DNA of 64,000 bases from Octopus vulgaris. Taxonomy: Eukaryota. Position 1 is the stretch's first letter. Each line of letters opens with the position of its first letter. A model generated the notes under the pieces. The model was not told the origin of the DNA and made no database searches. It saw nothing but the letters and a program-made list of their open reading frames with translations. Below, in pieces: positions 25,170 to 38,155 of this stretch. The position numbers were made by a program, and so were the translations under genes. Where the stretch lies: the NCBI GenBank assembly GCA_951406725.2, contig OX597833.1, forward strand, positions 35,960,001-36,024,000. Direction: 5' to 3'.

Positions 25170-25210
<41 letters not shown>

Positions 25211-25213
25211 TTT

Positions 25214-25372
25214 TTTTAAAAGCAACAGAAATATAACAAAAGCTGTTACTCTGAGTTTCACGTTCCCGTTCGTAACAGTTTTTGTTATATTTATGCTGCC
25301 TTTAAATAAAGCATATTACTCTACCTCTGGTAGTTGAGTACTCTTTTTTCCACATTTATGTGCTTACTCCGG
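25214..25372. mobile_element. Second copy of the palindromic pLTR-like element with partial HHR
   Basis: Reverse orientation of 1131-1346; minus strand keeps ACGAACGGGAACGUGAAACUCAGAGUAACAG; centre deleted. Confidence 0.7.
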
Positions 25373-25390
25373 TATATATATATATATCTT

Positions 25391-25455
<65 letters not shown>

Positions 25456-25534
25456 ATCTGTCTGTCTATCTATCTATCTCTATACACTCACACACAAACA
25501 CACATATACACACTTATATATCAGTTATCCAAGA

Positions 25535-25579
25535 CGCAGAACAGTGTTTCGATTGCTAACTCAATCTCATCAGTAGACG
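25535..25579 (-). ncRNA. Hammerhead ribozyme motif, degenerate stem I
   Basis: CUGAUGA-GAUUG(AGUUAG)CAAUC-GAAAC-ACU-GUU; perfect 5-bp stem II. Confidence 0.6.
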
Positions 25580-25930
25580 AAAGAGATGTATACAAACAAG
25601 AGATTAGATTTTAAACCGGTTGCGAACCTTCTCTATTAAACACATTGTACATGAGTTATGTACGTCTGCCACATTTCATACATGTTGCCGAAGAGATTCA
25701 ATTATCCAAAAGTAACAACAATGTTCATAACAGCCGCCGTATTACCTCAGTGCTGATACATTGGTATAGCCGAAATCTGTATTTAACATCTGCTCTATGT
25801 ACACTACACTTTTCTTCACTGACAGTAATCCCAACGCAATGCAGTTTTTGATTGAATAGATATTGTAATGCACCGAGCCAATTTCCTGGCAAGCTTGGAG
25901 GTTTCCCGGATTTCTGAATTCTCCGGCTTT
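25580..25930 (-). mobile_element. Possible Penelope GIY-YIG C-terminal remnant upstream of the HHR
   Basis: Minus-strand, frameshifted VHR/EQMLNTDF..VSA resembles the VHRQQI..S.H segment; position relative to the HHR fits Penelope layout. Confidence 0.35.
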
Positions 25931-25951
25931 CTTGAAACAGTCTAAATATAT

Positions 25952-26334
25952 CTTTTATCTTTTACTTGTTTCAGTCATTAAAGTGCGGCCATACTGTGGC
26001 ACTGCCTTGAAGGTTTTTAGTGGAGCAAATCGACCCCAGAAAATTTTTTTAAGCGCAGTCTCTATCGGTCACTTTTTGCCGAACCGGAGACGCAAACACA
26101 GCAAGCGGTGGAGGAGGACAAACACTGATATAAAGACACACACACAAATAGGTATATATATATGTGGGGGGGGGATGGCTTCTTTCAGTTTCCGTCTACT
26201 AAATCCACTTACAAGACTTTGGTTGGCCAGAGGATATAATAGATAATACTTGCCCAATATGCCACACAGTAGGACTGAAACAGAACCATGCGTTGGGGAA
26301 GGAAACTTCTTGCCACACAGCTACGCCTGCGCCT
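25952..26334 (-). mobile_element. SINE family A, diverged
   Basis: Family A reverse complement. Confidence 0.8.
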
Positions 26335-27214
26335 ACTTAAAATATATAATAAACTATGAAAAGTGAAAGGGTATTTAACAGATTCAAATTAGAGTCTATC
26401 TAATATTTACTAGCCCATTTAAGATCTTTAAATATATTACACTCTACCATGTATACACTATAATACTTAAAGGGTGAAAATGAAAGTAAAAGCTATTTTA
26501 TTAAAAGATACAGGTGCTATCTAACACTAATCTAAAGCAGAGTATGTTTAATCGTTATCAATCATCTTTTAAAGTAAGGAACAAAACTATTTGGGAACTC
26601 ATCTTATGCAAATTAACTAACATCAGAAACAAGATGTGTTTACTTCACATAGAGTACACTATATTGTATGCTATTTCATAATATTTCGGTATTTCTGGCA
26701 GCCGGATAAGAGGTCTGGTATTGTATGAATATTTGTAAAATGCAGTTTATTTTGCGAATATTAGATTGTATTATTATTTTTTTTTACTTATTTTACTGTA
26801 TTGAACCCTATGTCAATTACATCAATATATATGGAAGATACATTGAAAAATACGTGTATTAAGCTCATAGTTTTTTTAACTAGTGAAGTATTCTACGTTA
26901 CATATATATATTATACTCAAGTTGTGTGTTTATTGTGTAATCCATGCTTGTGTTCGACAGATTAAATTGCAAGTTACATCATTGGTAGATAAAACAACAA
27001 CTTTATTATCAGTTTACTATTATCATAAAACAGCCAAAAGCTTTATGTGAAAGATTTCTTTCCTTTATTAATGAGTTACAGTTTGCAATAAAAATAAAGC
27101 TCCATTGCAGGGGTAAATTATTATTTACCTTAATATTAATATTCGTACTTCTTAATGTATTTTGCGTTTATATTTGTGCTTATGTATGAGTGTATATTTA
27201 TAACAAGCTAAAGG

Positions 27215-27440
27215 CCTTACTGAGAGCGAGTCCGTTCACGGATCCATTGATTATTAATTGCTGAACTCAGATCTCCCGAGGCGTACTCTGTGCGCATGCG
27301 TATAAGTTCCGAACATATTTGGATGACGGTTACGTTGGTTCGCCGTAAATTGCGGTAACTGTGTGCGTGTGTGTGTATGTGTGTGTGTATGGTGTGGTTT
27401 TGGATAATGAAAATTTTCCGGTTTGCGTTCGATTCTAGTG
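27215..27440. promoter_or_regulatory. CpG-enriched unique segment with NRF1-like TGCGCATGCG motif
   Basis: Local CpG cluster in AT-rich flanks; TGCGCATGCG at 27291-27300. Confidence 0.35.
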
Positions 27441-27780
27441 TTAGTATGTATGTGTATGTGTATGTGAGATGTGTGCAGAAAGCAAGGAAAAAGAACCCAA
27501 AACAAACAGATAAACAAAGGAATGAAAGACCGAAGCTGAACACGTGAAATGAAAGATTTCACCGTAGAAACCATTCGCTCCTCATAAGTATATTCAGTCT
27601 GTCCAACACCTGTACTGAGCTCCTCGATTGAGCTATGGTCTTTCCACTTCCACACTGAGCATATTTAATGAATATGCGTTTATGAGCGTGTGTGTGCGAG
27701 CATGTGTGTACTGTGTGTGTGTCTGCATGTGTGTATGTGCTTGTATGTATGTATGTGTGTATATACATTCATAATTATAT

Positions 27781-28190
27781 ACTTTTTCACTCTTTTACTT
27801 GTTTCAGTCATTTGACTGCAGCCATGCTGGAACACCGCCCTTAGTCGAGCAAATCGACCCCAGGACTTATTCTTTGTAAACCTAGTACTTATTCTATCGG
27901 TCTCTTTTGTCGAACCGCTAGGTTACGGAGACGTAAACACAGCAGCATCGGTTGTCAAGCGATGTTGGGGGGGGGGGGACAAACACAAACACACAAACAT
28001 ACACACACACATACATATATATACACATATATACGACGGGCTTCTTTCAGTTTCGTGTACCAAATCCACTCACAAGGCTTTGGTCGGCCCGAGGCTATAG
28101 TAGAAGACACTTGCCCAAGGTGCCACGCAGTGGGACTGAACCCGGAACCATGTGGTTGGTAAGCAAGCTATTTACCACAGACCCACACCT
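27781..28190 (-). mobile_element. SINE family A, full length
   Basis: Close to family consensus. Confidence 0.92.
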
Positions 28191-28212
28191 ATGTGTGTGT
28201 ACATATCCATCC

Positions 28213-28305
<93 letters not shown>

Positions 28306-28390
28306 GAGACATGCATGTAGGTATATATATGTGTGTGTGTTTGTGTTAGCGACAGATGTCGTATTAATGTATTAATACGAAAAGAAATGC

Positions 28391-28578
28391 TTATCTCCAC
28401 TTAAACGTGGATGTTCTACAAGAACAAACTTTACTGCGGTACTTAACAAGAGAGACACTCTCATATTGGCTTATTGGTACAAAATGCTCCACCAAAAAGC
28501 CAGTATGAGAGTTTCTCTCTCGATAACCACCGCAGTAACGCTTGTTCTTGTAGAACTTCCACGTTTAAGTGGGGATAA
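28391..28578. repeat. Inverted repeat with ~85-bp arms
   Basis: TTATCTCCACTTAAACGTGGATGTTCTACAAGAACAA pairs with TTGTTCTTGTAGAACTTCCACGTTTAAGTGGGGATAA; pairing continues to a ~12-nt loop. Confidence 0.92.
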
Positions 28579-29289
28579 ATATACATATATAATGATGCCT
28601 TCTGTCAATATCGTTATATTTATAACTATTTCAATCTATCTCGCGCCCACTTACTCTCCTTTTTTTGTGTGCTTTTAATCAAACTCATTTCTTTATTGTA
28701 AGAACCGACTTTGAAGAACTGACTTCGAAATACTATCCAAATGAATCATGTGGGGTCTGTAGAGAGATACAAACATGCAGCCTTGCATACTCACACATAC
28801 ATATATACGAATATGGACATACTCACACATTGATACATGCACACATGTGTATACTTACCAACTTATATAGAAATACGGCTACGTACACACAATTGTTGTA
28901 TTGGCAACACCTCCCTGATAGTTCCAGCTGGTATCTTAACTGTCCAACGCCTTCGTCGATTGTCGATTGATGTCGCTTCTCTGATATTCGCTTCATATCA
29001 CCACTGAGCAACCATTTTATAGACCATCACAGAGTCCAGGATTTTAATTCAAATGGTGTTTTGCGATTTTTATCAGTCACATGACCATGATGAAATGTCT
29101 TCTAAGAAACTAAGCGGATCTAAAACAAAACAAAAATATAAATAAAATTAATAAACAGAATCGTGTGAAACAGAATCATCATCACCACCATCATCATAAC
29201 CATTACCACCACCACCACTACCACCGCCAACACCACGACCACGACGATCACCACCACCACCACCATTATCATCATCATCAACGTCATTA

Positions 29290-29620
29290 TCATGTTTTCA
29301 ATAGTTTCATACAAGTTTACTTTGCACATACGTGTTCCTGGGAGGTGTATGCAATATTGTCTATTGAGGATGTGTGAATGGTGTTTGAATAATACATTAG
29401 TTTTTGTGGGAATTTTTGTTGATTCTGGAGATATTTTAGTGTTTCGTCTATGGTGTATATAGAATATGTACAATGTGAGTTGTGGCTATTTTGGTTTGAT
29501 GGTATTTGTGCTTTGCATGTGATGTATGATTAGTGATGTGTGTTTTAATTTGACAAAGTGATTGTGTAGCGGGTGGGCTGTGCTGGTTGTGTTAATATAT
29601 GTTGTTCGAGTTGTTGCTGG
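29290..29620 (-). mobile_element. Possible Penelope GIY-YIG remnant
   Basis: Minus-strand ITNHTSHAKHKY and PGTRMCKVNLYETIE resemble Penelope endonuclease C-terminal motifs. Confidence 0.35.
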
Positions 29621-29639
29621 TATAGGGCAGAGTATCGAA

Positions 29640-30200
29640 ATTGTAAAATCGTGTTTGTGTACATATTCAAACTCGGATAGGACTGGGCAGCTGGAGATGA
29701 TGTGGTCAATTGTAACATTGTACTGTTTGCTTAGTTATTTGTGGTTAAACATTACTCTTGTCATGGTAAAATCAAACCTGTTTCTCTGTTTATTTCAGAG
29801 CTTTTGAACCATTGTTGGTTTCATACTGGTTTATTTTGCTGTTATCGAGTCTTACGGTATATTGGTCAGGGAGTAGTTTTTTCTTAAGTATAGTTTGGAA
29901 TCCTATTTTCATTTTGTTTTCATTTCTTTTTGAAGAGTGAGGTTACAGTTACTCTTGTTTTCTCTTTATTTAAATAATTTTTCCAATGCTGTTAGTTTCC
30001 AGTTAGTATTTTATTGTTCCCACGTATAAAGAAAAAGTTGCCTTTTTTTTTTATTTCCTTATCTTTCTTTCACACTAATCAATTTCCCTTTTGCTGCTTT
30101 TGAATATTTTTCTAGTGAGTGTTGTTACTTTGTAATACTTTTGTATTTGAGTCATATTCCTCATAGCTATCTACGGACAAGGGGGTATTCTGTCTGCAAC
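29640..30200 (-). mobile_element. Decayed R4/Dong-like LINE (CCHC region)
   Basis: WFKSSEINRETG and TIDHIISSCPVLSEFEYVHKHD. Confidence 0.7.
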
Positions 30201-30494
30201 AGCTTTGGTGTCGTGACTTTGAAATGCTGTCCGTAGTTTACTGGTTTTCTGTTTAAGGACTTTAATTCACTTCACTTTTACTTTATCATTCTAAAGCTAT
30301 GGTTTACAACTAAGCTAGCTAGTTAATTTATACCTACTACCGGGACCTATGAATCTTTCACGCTATTAATGGTAAACTTATTGGATTATTCCTGAAAATT
30401 TTTTCCCAAAATCTTGAAAGCATAGCCTATGTTGCATCTGTATCAAAAGATAGTCGCTCATCTGCTAATCATTGAAAATGAAGGAAATTTGAAT

Positions 30495-30657
30495 ACAATG
30501 ATAACACTTCCAATTAGTGAAGATCAGAAGTCATGAGAGCCACTGCCTGGTATTGCATCAGGGCATTATTATTATTATTGTTATTATTATTATTATTATT
30601 ATTATCATTATTATTATATTATTATTATTATTATCATTATTATTATTATTATTATTA

Positions 30658-30695
<38 letters not shown>

Positions 30696-31158
30696 GGGTG
30701 AGAGAGCAGTGCATGCCATCAAAGTGACACTCGATTACAGACATACGAAGCCCAATACACCCATCATGACTACCTGTCTGATTAGCGTAAACCAGGCACA
30801 TGCATCACAACCATACGTGCACGATATGATGACCTATCATAATTAATGATAAAGATAAACAGCTCATGACCCTGCAGGTGGGGCTCAGTTAAAATTTTCT
30901 TCTGGTTAAGTAGCCCATCCCGCCCAAAAGGAACCTGAATAAGGATTGTTTAAGGATGCTGAACGAACCACCCATGTTTCCAAAGGTGAATTATCCACAC
31001 CTCCAAGAATTATTTTCAACACACGGCTATCCTGCTCCCCACTACTTCTCCTCATGATCAGAGATGCACATATCGTCAGCCACTAAGGGACATAATCAAC
31101 TGGTTAAGGTCAAACAACTGAGAAGCAAATCTGTGGTATTGAGCAGAATATATGCTGT
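30495..31158 (-). mobile_element. Family D: end fragment (30495-30565), (TTA)n spacer, truncated copy (30696-31158)
   Basis: Matches 50545-51099. Confidence 0.88.
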
Positions 31159-31426
31159 TGAGCAGAATATTATTATTATTATTATTATTATTATTAAATG
31201 CATGGCGGCATTTCGTCATTATTATTATTATTATTATTATTATTAAATGCATGGCGGCATTTCGTCTTCCGTTACCTTCTAAGTTTTAATTCCAGCGGTG
31301 TCGCCTGTCTCTGTCATCCGTTCGGCGTCGATAAAATAAGTAGCATTTGAGTACTGGAGTTGATGTAATCCATTTATTCACTTCCTCAAAATTGCTGGCC
31401 CTGTGTAAAAAATTGAAATCATTATT

Positions 31427-31488
<62 letters not shown>

Positions 31489-31551
31489 TATTATTATTAT
31501 TATTATTAATAATAATAATAATAATAGTAGTAGTAGTAGTAGTTGTTGTAA

Positions 31552-31585
<34 letters not shown>

Positions 31586-31640
31586 TGTAGTAGTAGTAAT
31601 AGTAGTAGTAGTAATAATAATAATAACAACAATAATGTTC

Positions 31641-31817
31641 TATATTTAAGAGATGAGGAATTATGTACATTATTTGCATTGTTTACATTATTTACATTTG
31701 ACGGATATTTGTCCTCATCTTGTTTGTTGTTAACACAACATTTCGGCTGATATGCCCTCCAGCATTCATCAGGTGTCTTGGGGAAATTTCGAACCTGGGT
31801 TCTCATTCCAAAGATAT
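31641..31817 (-). mobile_element. Penelope-type pLTR fragment containing a minimal HHR (31733-31776)
   Basis: Minus strand ACAC-CUGAUGA-AUGCUG...CAGCC-GAAAU-GUU-GUGU; CpG-type decay of GAAACGUU. Confidence 0.65.
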
Positions 31818-32239
31818 TGCTTGTCAGTTGTTTGACCTTAACCAGTTGAGCTTGTCCATTGGTAGCTGACGATATATGTATTTCTGACCTTGAGCAGAAG
31901 TACAGGGGGAGCATCATGGCTGTGTGTTGAAGGGAATTATTAGAGGTTTGGATAATTCACCTTTGGAAACATTGGCGGTTCGTTCAACATCCTTAAACGA
32001 TCTTTATTCAGGTTCCTTTTGAACAGGATGGGCTACTCGACCAGACGAAAATTCTAACTGGGCCCCACCTGCAAGGTCATGCGCTGTTTATCTTGATATG
32101 AGATCACCATGTCACGCACACATGGTTGTGATGCATATGCCTGGTGTACCCTTATCAGACGAGTAGTCTTGATGGGTATACTGAGCTTCCTATATTTTAC
32201 CCCAGTGTCACTTTGATGGCATGCACTGCTCTCTCATTC
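31818..32239 (+). mobile_element. Family D, opposite orientation, truncated
   Basis: Reverse complement of 50545-50968; ends in (TAA)n. Confidence 0.88.
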
Positions 32240-32264
32240 TATAATAATAAAAATAATAATAATT

Positions 32265-32475
32265 CTTTCTACTGATAGCACAAGGCCTCAATTTTGGGGG
32301 AAGGGATTAATTTGATTACATCGACTCCAGTGCGAATATGGTACTTATTTAATCGAACCCGAAAGGATGAAAGGCAAAGTCTACCTCGGCAGAATTTGAA
32401 CTCAGTTTGTAGCGGCAGACGAAATACTGCTAAGTATTTCACCCGGTGTGCTAACGACTCAGCCAGCTCGTCGCC
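32265..32475 (-). mobile_element. SINE family B
   Basis: Reverse complement of head and core. Confidence 0.85.
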
Positions 32476-32501
32476 ATGATAATAACAACAACAACAATAA
32501 C

Positions 32502-32659
<158 letters not shown>

Positions 32660-32769
32660 CCTTTCTCGTATAGGCACAAGGTCTGAAATTTTGGGGGAGA
32701 GAGCTATTCGGTTTCATCAACCCAGTGCGTTACTAGTTCTTATTTAATTGACCCTGAAAGGATGAAATG

Positions 32770-33715
32770 CGCTCTTGCTTGTTCCTCCTAAAGGTTATTA
32801 TATCCGGTCTTCGGTATTCTAACACCTTGTCGTTCTGAAGTCAAAGTCACTGAGGAAGTCAAAGTCCCGCTCTCGTTCATTACCTTTCCTGGTGTATGCT
32901 GGCACCAAGCATCCGTTACCTCGTATCCTTACCAAACCCCAGTGAAGGTTTTGGGCTGCCTTGTCGTGTCTGCTTTTGTATTCTTTCTGCACAAGATTTT
33001 CACAAGGTCTAACAATGTGAATCATGTTTTCGACCTTCTTCCCACACATTCTGCTGATGTTCGTTGCTCTTGTGTGGTATATATCCCTTCTCACTGAGCT
33101 GGTATTCAATACCTGGATCTGGGCAGCGATGATTAGGTTTTCAGTCTTCTTTTTGGGGTCATCCTTGCTGAGTCACCTCCATAGTGCTTCCTGGTCTTTT
33201 TAAGTTGTTAGTTTCAGGGTGGAACTGACCACGTAATTTCATGCGGAGTAGAGTTTCTTTTCCCTTGTTGGCTATTCGTTATCGGTATTCATGAGCACTT
33301 TCAAGTCCATTGCTGGTAAATCCTTCTGCATTAGCAGTATACTGCAGCAGGTTTTGTTCGCTGTTTACCAAATACTCTGCCATGTTTCTTTTTTCACTGT
33401 CGATGCATGTGTACGTTCACCTTAGAGAGGAGAGCACCATGCATTGCAATGTTCTTTCGGGTTGTGTGATCGAGTTGGTCCATCTCCGCTCGTATCCATT
33501 TCAGAATGAGTGCACTATAGCGGGCTACAACCAAAAGCCCAAATGTTGATGACAGTCACAAGGTTCCTTGCGTTGAGTTTTGTCTTCAAGAGAAGTTTGA
33601 GGCGCTTCAAATATCCAGTGCAAGACACTGTCCAGCTTCAGAATCCTAAGGTGCTTGTACCTATTATCATCTGGGTCTCCCAATCGCTCTCCGTTTGGCA
33701 ATTCTATGCCCCTGT
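32770..33715 (-). mobile_element. R4/Dong-like LINE remnant
   Basis: RMCGKKVENMIHIVRPCENLVQKEYKSRHD (CCHC) and GIELPNGE..YKHL. Confidence 0.82.
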
Positions 33716-33759
33716 TATTATTATTATTGTTGTTGCTGCTGCTGCTGTTGTTGTTGTTG

Positions 33760-35105
33760 TTTTTATTATTCCAAAGCAATTACTTGCTAATGTAATTTAC
33801 AGGAATGCTACCTGGAGGTTTCGTGACAACAAGCCGCCTCAGATCTCAAGAATATTTCTTAAGGTTTTGCAGACTACAGAACTGAACTATTCTACAGGTC
33901 GGCAATGCGGGTCCAGTTCAAATACATTTCAGTTTCTTAGGTAGCAGTTTAGGTTTTATGCCAAGTGCATCAATTACCACAGATATAATTGTTGTCATAG
34001 TCTTCCACAATCTCTTCAGCTCTCTGGCTAGCCCCTGATATTTCTAATTTTTTGTTTCCAATTTCTTTGTCATCATCTCTTTTATGAAATGATTTTACTT
34101 TCGTTGTTTATTTTGTCACCTATAATCATATCAGTAATTCTTGTTCTCTACCATAGCCTCTGGGTCGTATTCGTACCATTTTCGTATTATTTCAAAGCCA
34201 TACACTCAACTAATATCCCAATGCACATTATTTTTCTTAAACAGTCATGCTTACACTTACACTCTTTTTCAGCTAGCTTACTGCGTTCATTCAAGAGATG
34301 ATAAATACTTTCATCTCCTTTTGTGCAGATTCTGCATTTGCTGCCCGACTGTGATTTATCAATCTTTCTGTTCATCAGATTCATCCTAATGGCTTTTTTC
34401 CCCTTGATTTAGCTATAGTTAGCGCTTCGGTCTCTCTTTTCAGTTTTCCTCCGTCAACCATAACCAGCGTTCTATGCATCCAGCGTTCTCGGTTTGCGGC
34501 ATGAATTGGCCATGTAATTCCATTTCTTTCCCCCTGCATGCCCTCTTGTTCTTCCCTTTATTCTTGAATTCTTCTGCTGTTTCAGTAACTTTTTGAACGT
34601 CTCTAACTACCGATAGTATTCTTTCTTCACTCGTACAGCATAATTTTTCAACTTTAATATTGTTGTACTAACGGTGTCATTTGCCTTCTTTCTTTTATTG
34701 GTAGGTAGACTATATCGGTCTTACTGTTAGAGTGGTGCACGTTATGAGCATCTACCTAGTCCTATAGCTCGATCTTTGTCCATTTTATGAAGGAAGCAGA
34801 GTATGTTAATAATGGTACAGCCCATGTGTTTATTGCTTTAATGATATTACCTCCATTTAATTTTGTTTCAAGCAACTTCCTAGTTATTCTTTTGTACACT
34901 TTGGAGATTTTCTCTCTCAGTTCTCCTTCCATTATCCTTTCGCCTTGCAGCACGCCTGAATATTTGTATCTTTCATTATTTCACAACGATCTAATGATGT
35001 TGCCCTATGGTAATTTTATGCCATCAGAAATTATCTTCTGATCTCTCTTCATAATTAGCACTACGCAGTTATTTACCCTAAACTGCATGCCAATATCCTT
35101 GCTTT
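33760..35105 (-). mobile_element. R4/Dong-like LINE remnant
   Basis: KLNGGNIIKAINTWAVPLLTYS and CRICTKGDESIYH; adjacent (TTA)n. Confidence 0.82.
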
Positions 35106-35115
35106 ATATTTATTA

Positions 35116-35194
<79 letters not shown>

Positions 35195-35488
35195 AGAGAG
35201 GGAGGTACTGCCTTCTAGTATGGTAATCAAAAGGTGGATGAGAATGCTAAGGTTGAATGGATTTACTCCGTGTGTGCTTTTCTAAACTGGAGGATGGCAC
35301 TTCCCACGCCTTGGAGATCGTAGAGTAAGCCGAGACGTTTTGTATGAGGTTTTCCCCCGAATTACCCAAGGTGGACTACCCAGCAATCGGAGACTCTATT
35401 TATTCATCATTTATTTCTCTTAATTCTATTTTTATATCCTTTAATTATATTCTTATTCTTGTAATGTGTCTTTCACATCAAACCACTC

Positions 35489-35546
<58 letters not shown>

Positions 35547-36187
35547 TTTATTTAAAATTAGCAGAAATATAACATTCGTCCTCATTGGCTTCGGTCCGTA
35601 TGGCTAATAAAAGAAATCATTATTATTGTAGTTGTTGTTGTTGGAAGTTACCATGACATGATGAGGTTCACAGTGTGTTTCGGGATTATTTTCTGTGATT
35701 TTTTTTTACAGAATTAGATGATTTTGTTTTGTCTATTCATTTGAACTGATTCCAAGAAGTGTAAAATGTTATCTATTAATATTTTCACTCAAATTAGGTA
35801 AAAAAGAAAAAAATACTCGAAACTGATAAAAATGAAGGTTACGTATTTCTTCCACGTCCTATTAGTATGAAATGTTAAAATGCCGCAAAATATTCATACA
35901 TACATATATTTCATGTGCAACTGTACACAATAATGCATCGTCATTGATACCCTGAATTCATCCTCCATTTGACAGTTTTTCTTTTTCATTTTGTTTTCTT
36001 TTTTATCAATTAGCTCATTAGCAAAAAGACTTGATGGGTTGCAAAATTTAGTCACCGACAACCCCACAACGAAATAGGTTGTACCCGGTTACAAGTTTCC
36101 ATTGACGCTCTTAAAAGACATGACAAAAAAATGTATCTATGTATGTATGCATGTATGTATGTGTGTATGTATGTATGTATGTATGTA

Positions 36188-36219
<32 letters not shown>

Positions 36220-36442
36220 CATGTACGTATGTATGCATGTAGTTAAAAGGGTACATGAATGTGCAATATGTTACCAAAAAGTTTAAGGGCAGTAAACCAT
36301 TCCCGAATTATTTTCAACATGTGTGTGCGTATGTCTCTCTCTTTCTTTCTCTCTCTCTCTCTCTCTCTGTATACATATATATATTTATATGTGTGTGTGC
36401 GTATGTCTCTCTCTTTCTTTCTCTCTCTCTCTCTCTGTATAC

Positions 36443-36514
<72 letters not shown>

Positions 36515-36519
36515 GAGTG

Positions 36520-37625
36520 TTTTGATGTGAAGGTGATGTATTTCAGTGGCTTTTTAACTTATACATGGACGGTGTGGTGAGAGAGGTAAATGCTGGAACT
36601 CTTGGTAGAGGACCCTAAATGGTAGGAGAAAATGGTGAGGAATAGCAAGTGAGTCAGCTGTTGTTTGCTGATGATACAACGCTGGTGGCGGACTCGGAAG
36701 AGCAACTGAAGGGATTGGTAGTAGACTTTGGAAGAGTGTTGTGTGAGTGGAGAAAACTGAAAGAGAATGTAGCTAAGAGTAAGGTGATGAGATGTTCGAG
36801 AGTTGGAATGGCCGGTAGGATGAATGTGAGTATAAATGGTGAGATGTTAGAAGGGGTGAGTGTTTTTAGGTATCTGGAATCACCAATGACGGCGGATGGG
36901 GTGTATGTGACTAAGGAGGTGAGATACAAAGTGAGGGAGGGGAGTAAGATACTTGGAGTTGTGAAAGGTATGCTGAGAGATAAATGGTTGAGTATGAAAG
37001 CGAAAAGAGTTGTGTATGAGTGCGTGATTGGGCCAACAATGCTACATGGTGCAGAGACGTGGGGTCTGTGAGATGCAGAAAGGAGGTGACTAGATGTGTT
37101 TGAGATGAGATGTTTGAGGGCTATTGTTGGTGTGACATGGATGGACAGGATAAGGAATGAGGAGGTGCGAAGAAGAACAGGAAAGAGAGGAAAACTACCA
37201 ACCAGATTGGGTAGACGAATATTGAGGTGGTTTGGCCAGTTGGAGAGGATGGATGAGGAACGAATGGTAAGGAGGGGGATGAAGGCGGAAGTAGTAGGCA
37301 GCAGAATCAGAGGCAGAACTCGGTTTGTGGGGATGGATGAAGTGAGGAAAGCTTTGGTGGTTAGGTGTTGGGGTGAGAGAAGCAAGAGTGTTTATAAATG
37401 ACAGGACAGTGTTTGTGGACGAATGAGTGAATTTGATGTTGCTCAAAGGGGTACGGAACCATCACGATGCGGCGGGGGTACACCAGCATATGCTGTCGGG
37501 CCCCGCTGCTGATATTGGGGTTTGCGTTCTATGCTTTGATCCGAGCAATCTAGAAAATGAATGGAATGCCTGGTGTGTCTTGTTGCGGCTACCCCCTCCT
37601 AAAAATGGGGAATAGGCCTGGGTAT
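36520..37625 (+). mobile_element. RTE-clade LINE, 5'-truncated and decayed
   Basis: QLLFADDTTLVADSEEQL, FRYL, LHGAETW, FEMRCLRAIVGVTWMDRIRNEEVR, LRWFG; in-frame stops. Confidence 0.92.
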
Positions 37626-37724
37626 ATATATATATATATATGTTTATAGTGTTAAATTATATGGTTATTGACAATTTGTCTATTTTCAGCATATTTGGCA
37701 TTAGAATTTTTTTCTTTTGCCCTT

Positions 37725-37795
<71 letters not shown>

Positions 37796-37929
37796 TAGAT
37801 AGAGATATTGATATACATACATACATACATGCATACTTACATACATAGATACATACATACATGTATACATGCATACATACATACATACATACATACATAC
37901 ATACATACATACATACATTCATACATACA

Positions 37930-38144
37930 TACATACATTCATTCTTTCCCAGCCCGAGGCCAGCAAATATGAGAGGATGAGTAAGTCGATTACATTGATA
38001 CCAGTACTTTACTAGTACTTATCTCATAGATCCCGGAAAGACGAATGACCAAGTCAACCTCATCGGAATTTGAACTCAGAACGCAAAGAGCGGACGGAAT
38101 GTAATTAATGATTTGGCCGAAGCACTAACGATCCTCGTCGCCTT
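37930..38144 (-). mobile_element. SINE family B, diverged
   Basis: Reverse-complement match. Confidence 0.75.
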
Positions 38145-38155
38145 ATATATATATA

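Noticed and set aside
35284-35342. CUGGAGGA-UGGC...GCC-GAGACGUU, possible decayed HHR
   Set aside because: Two core defects and weak stem I; plausible fossil but not supportable without homologues.
36654-37385. 243-aa minus-strand ORF
   Set aside because: Antisense shadow of the plus-strand RTE reverse transcriptase remnant.
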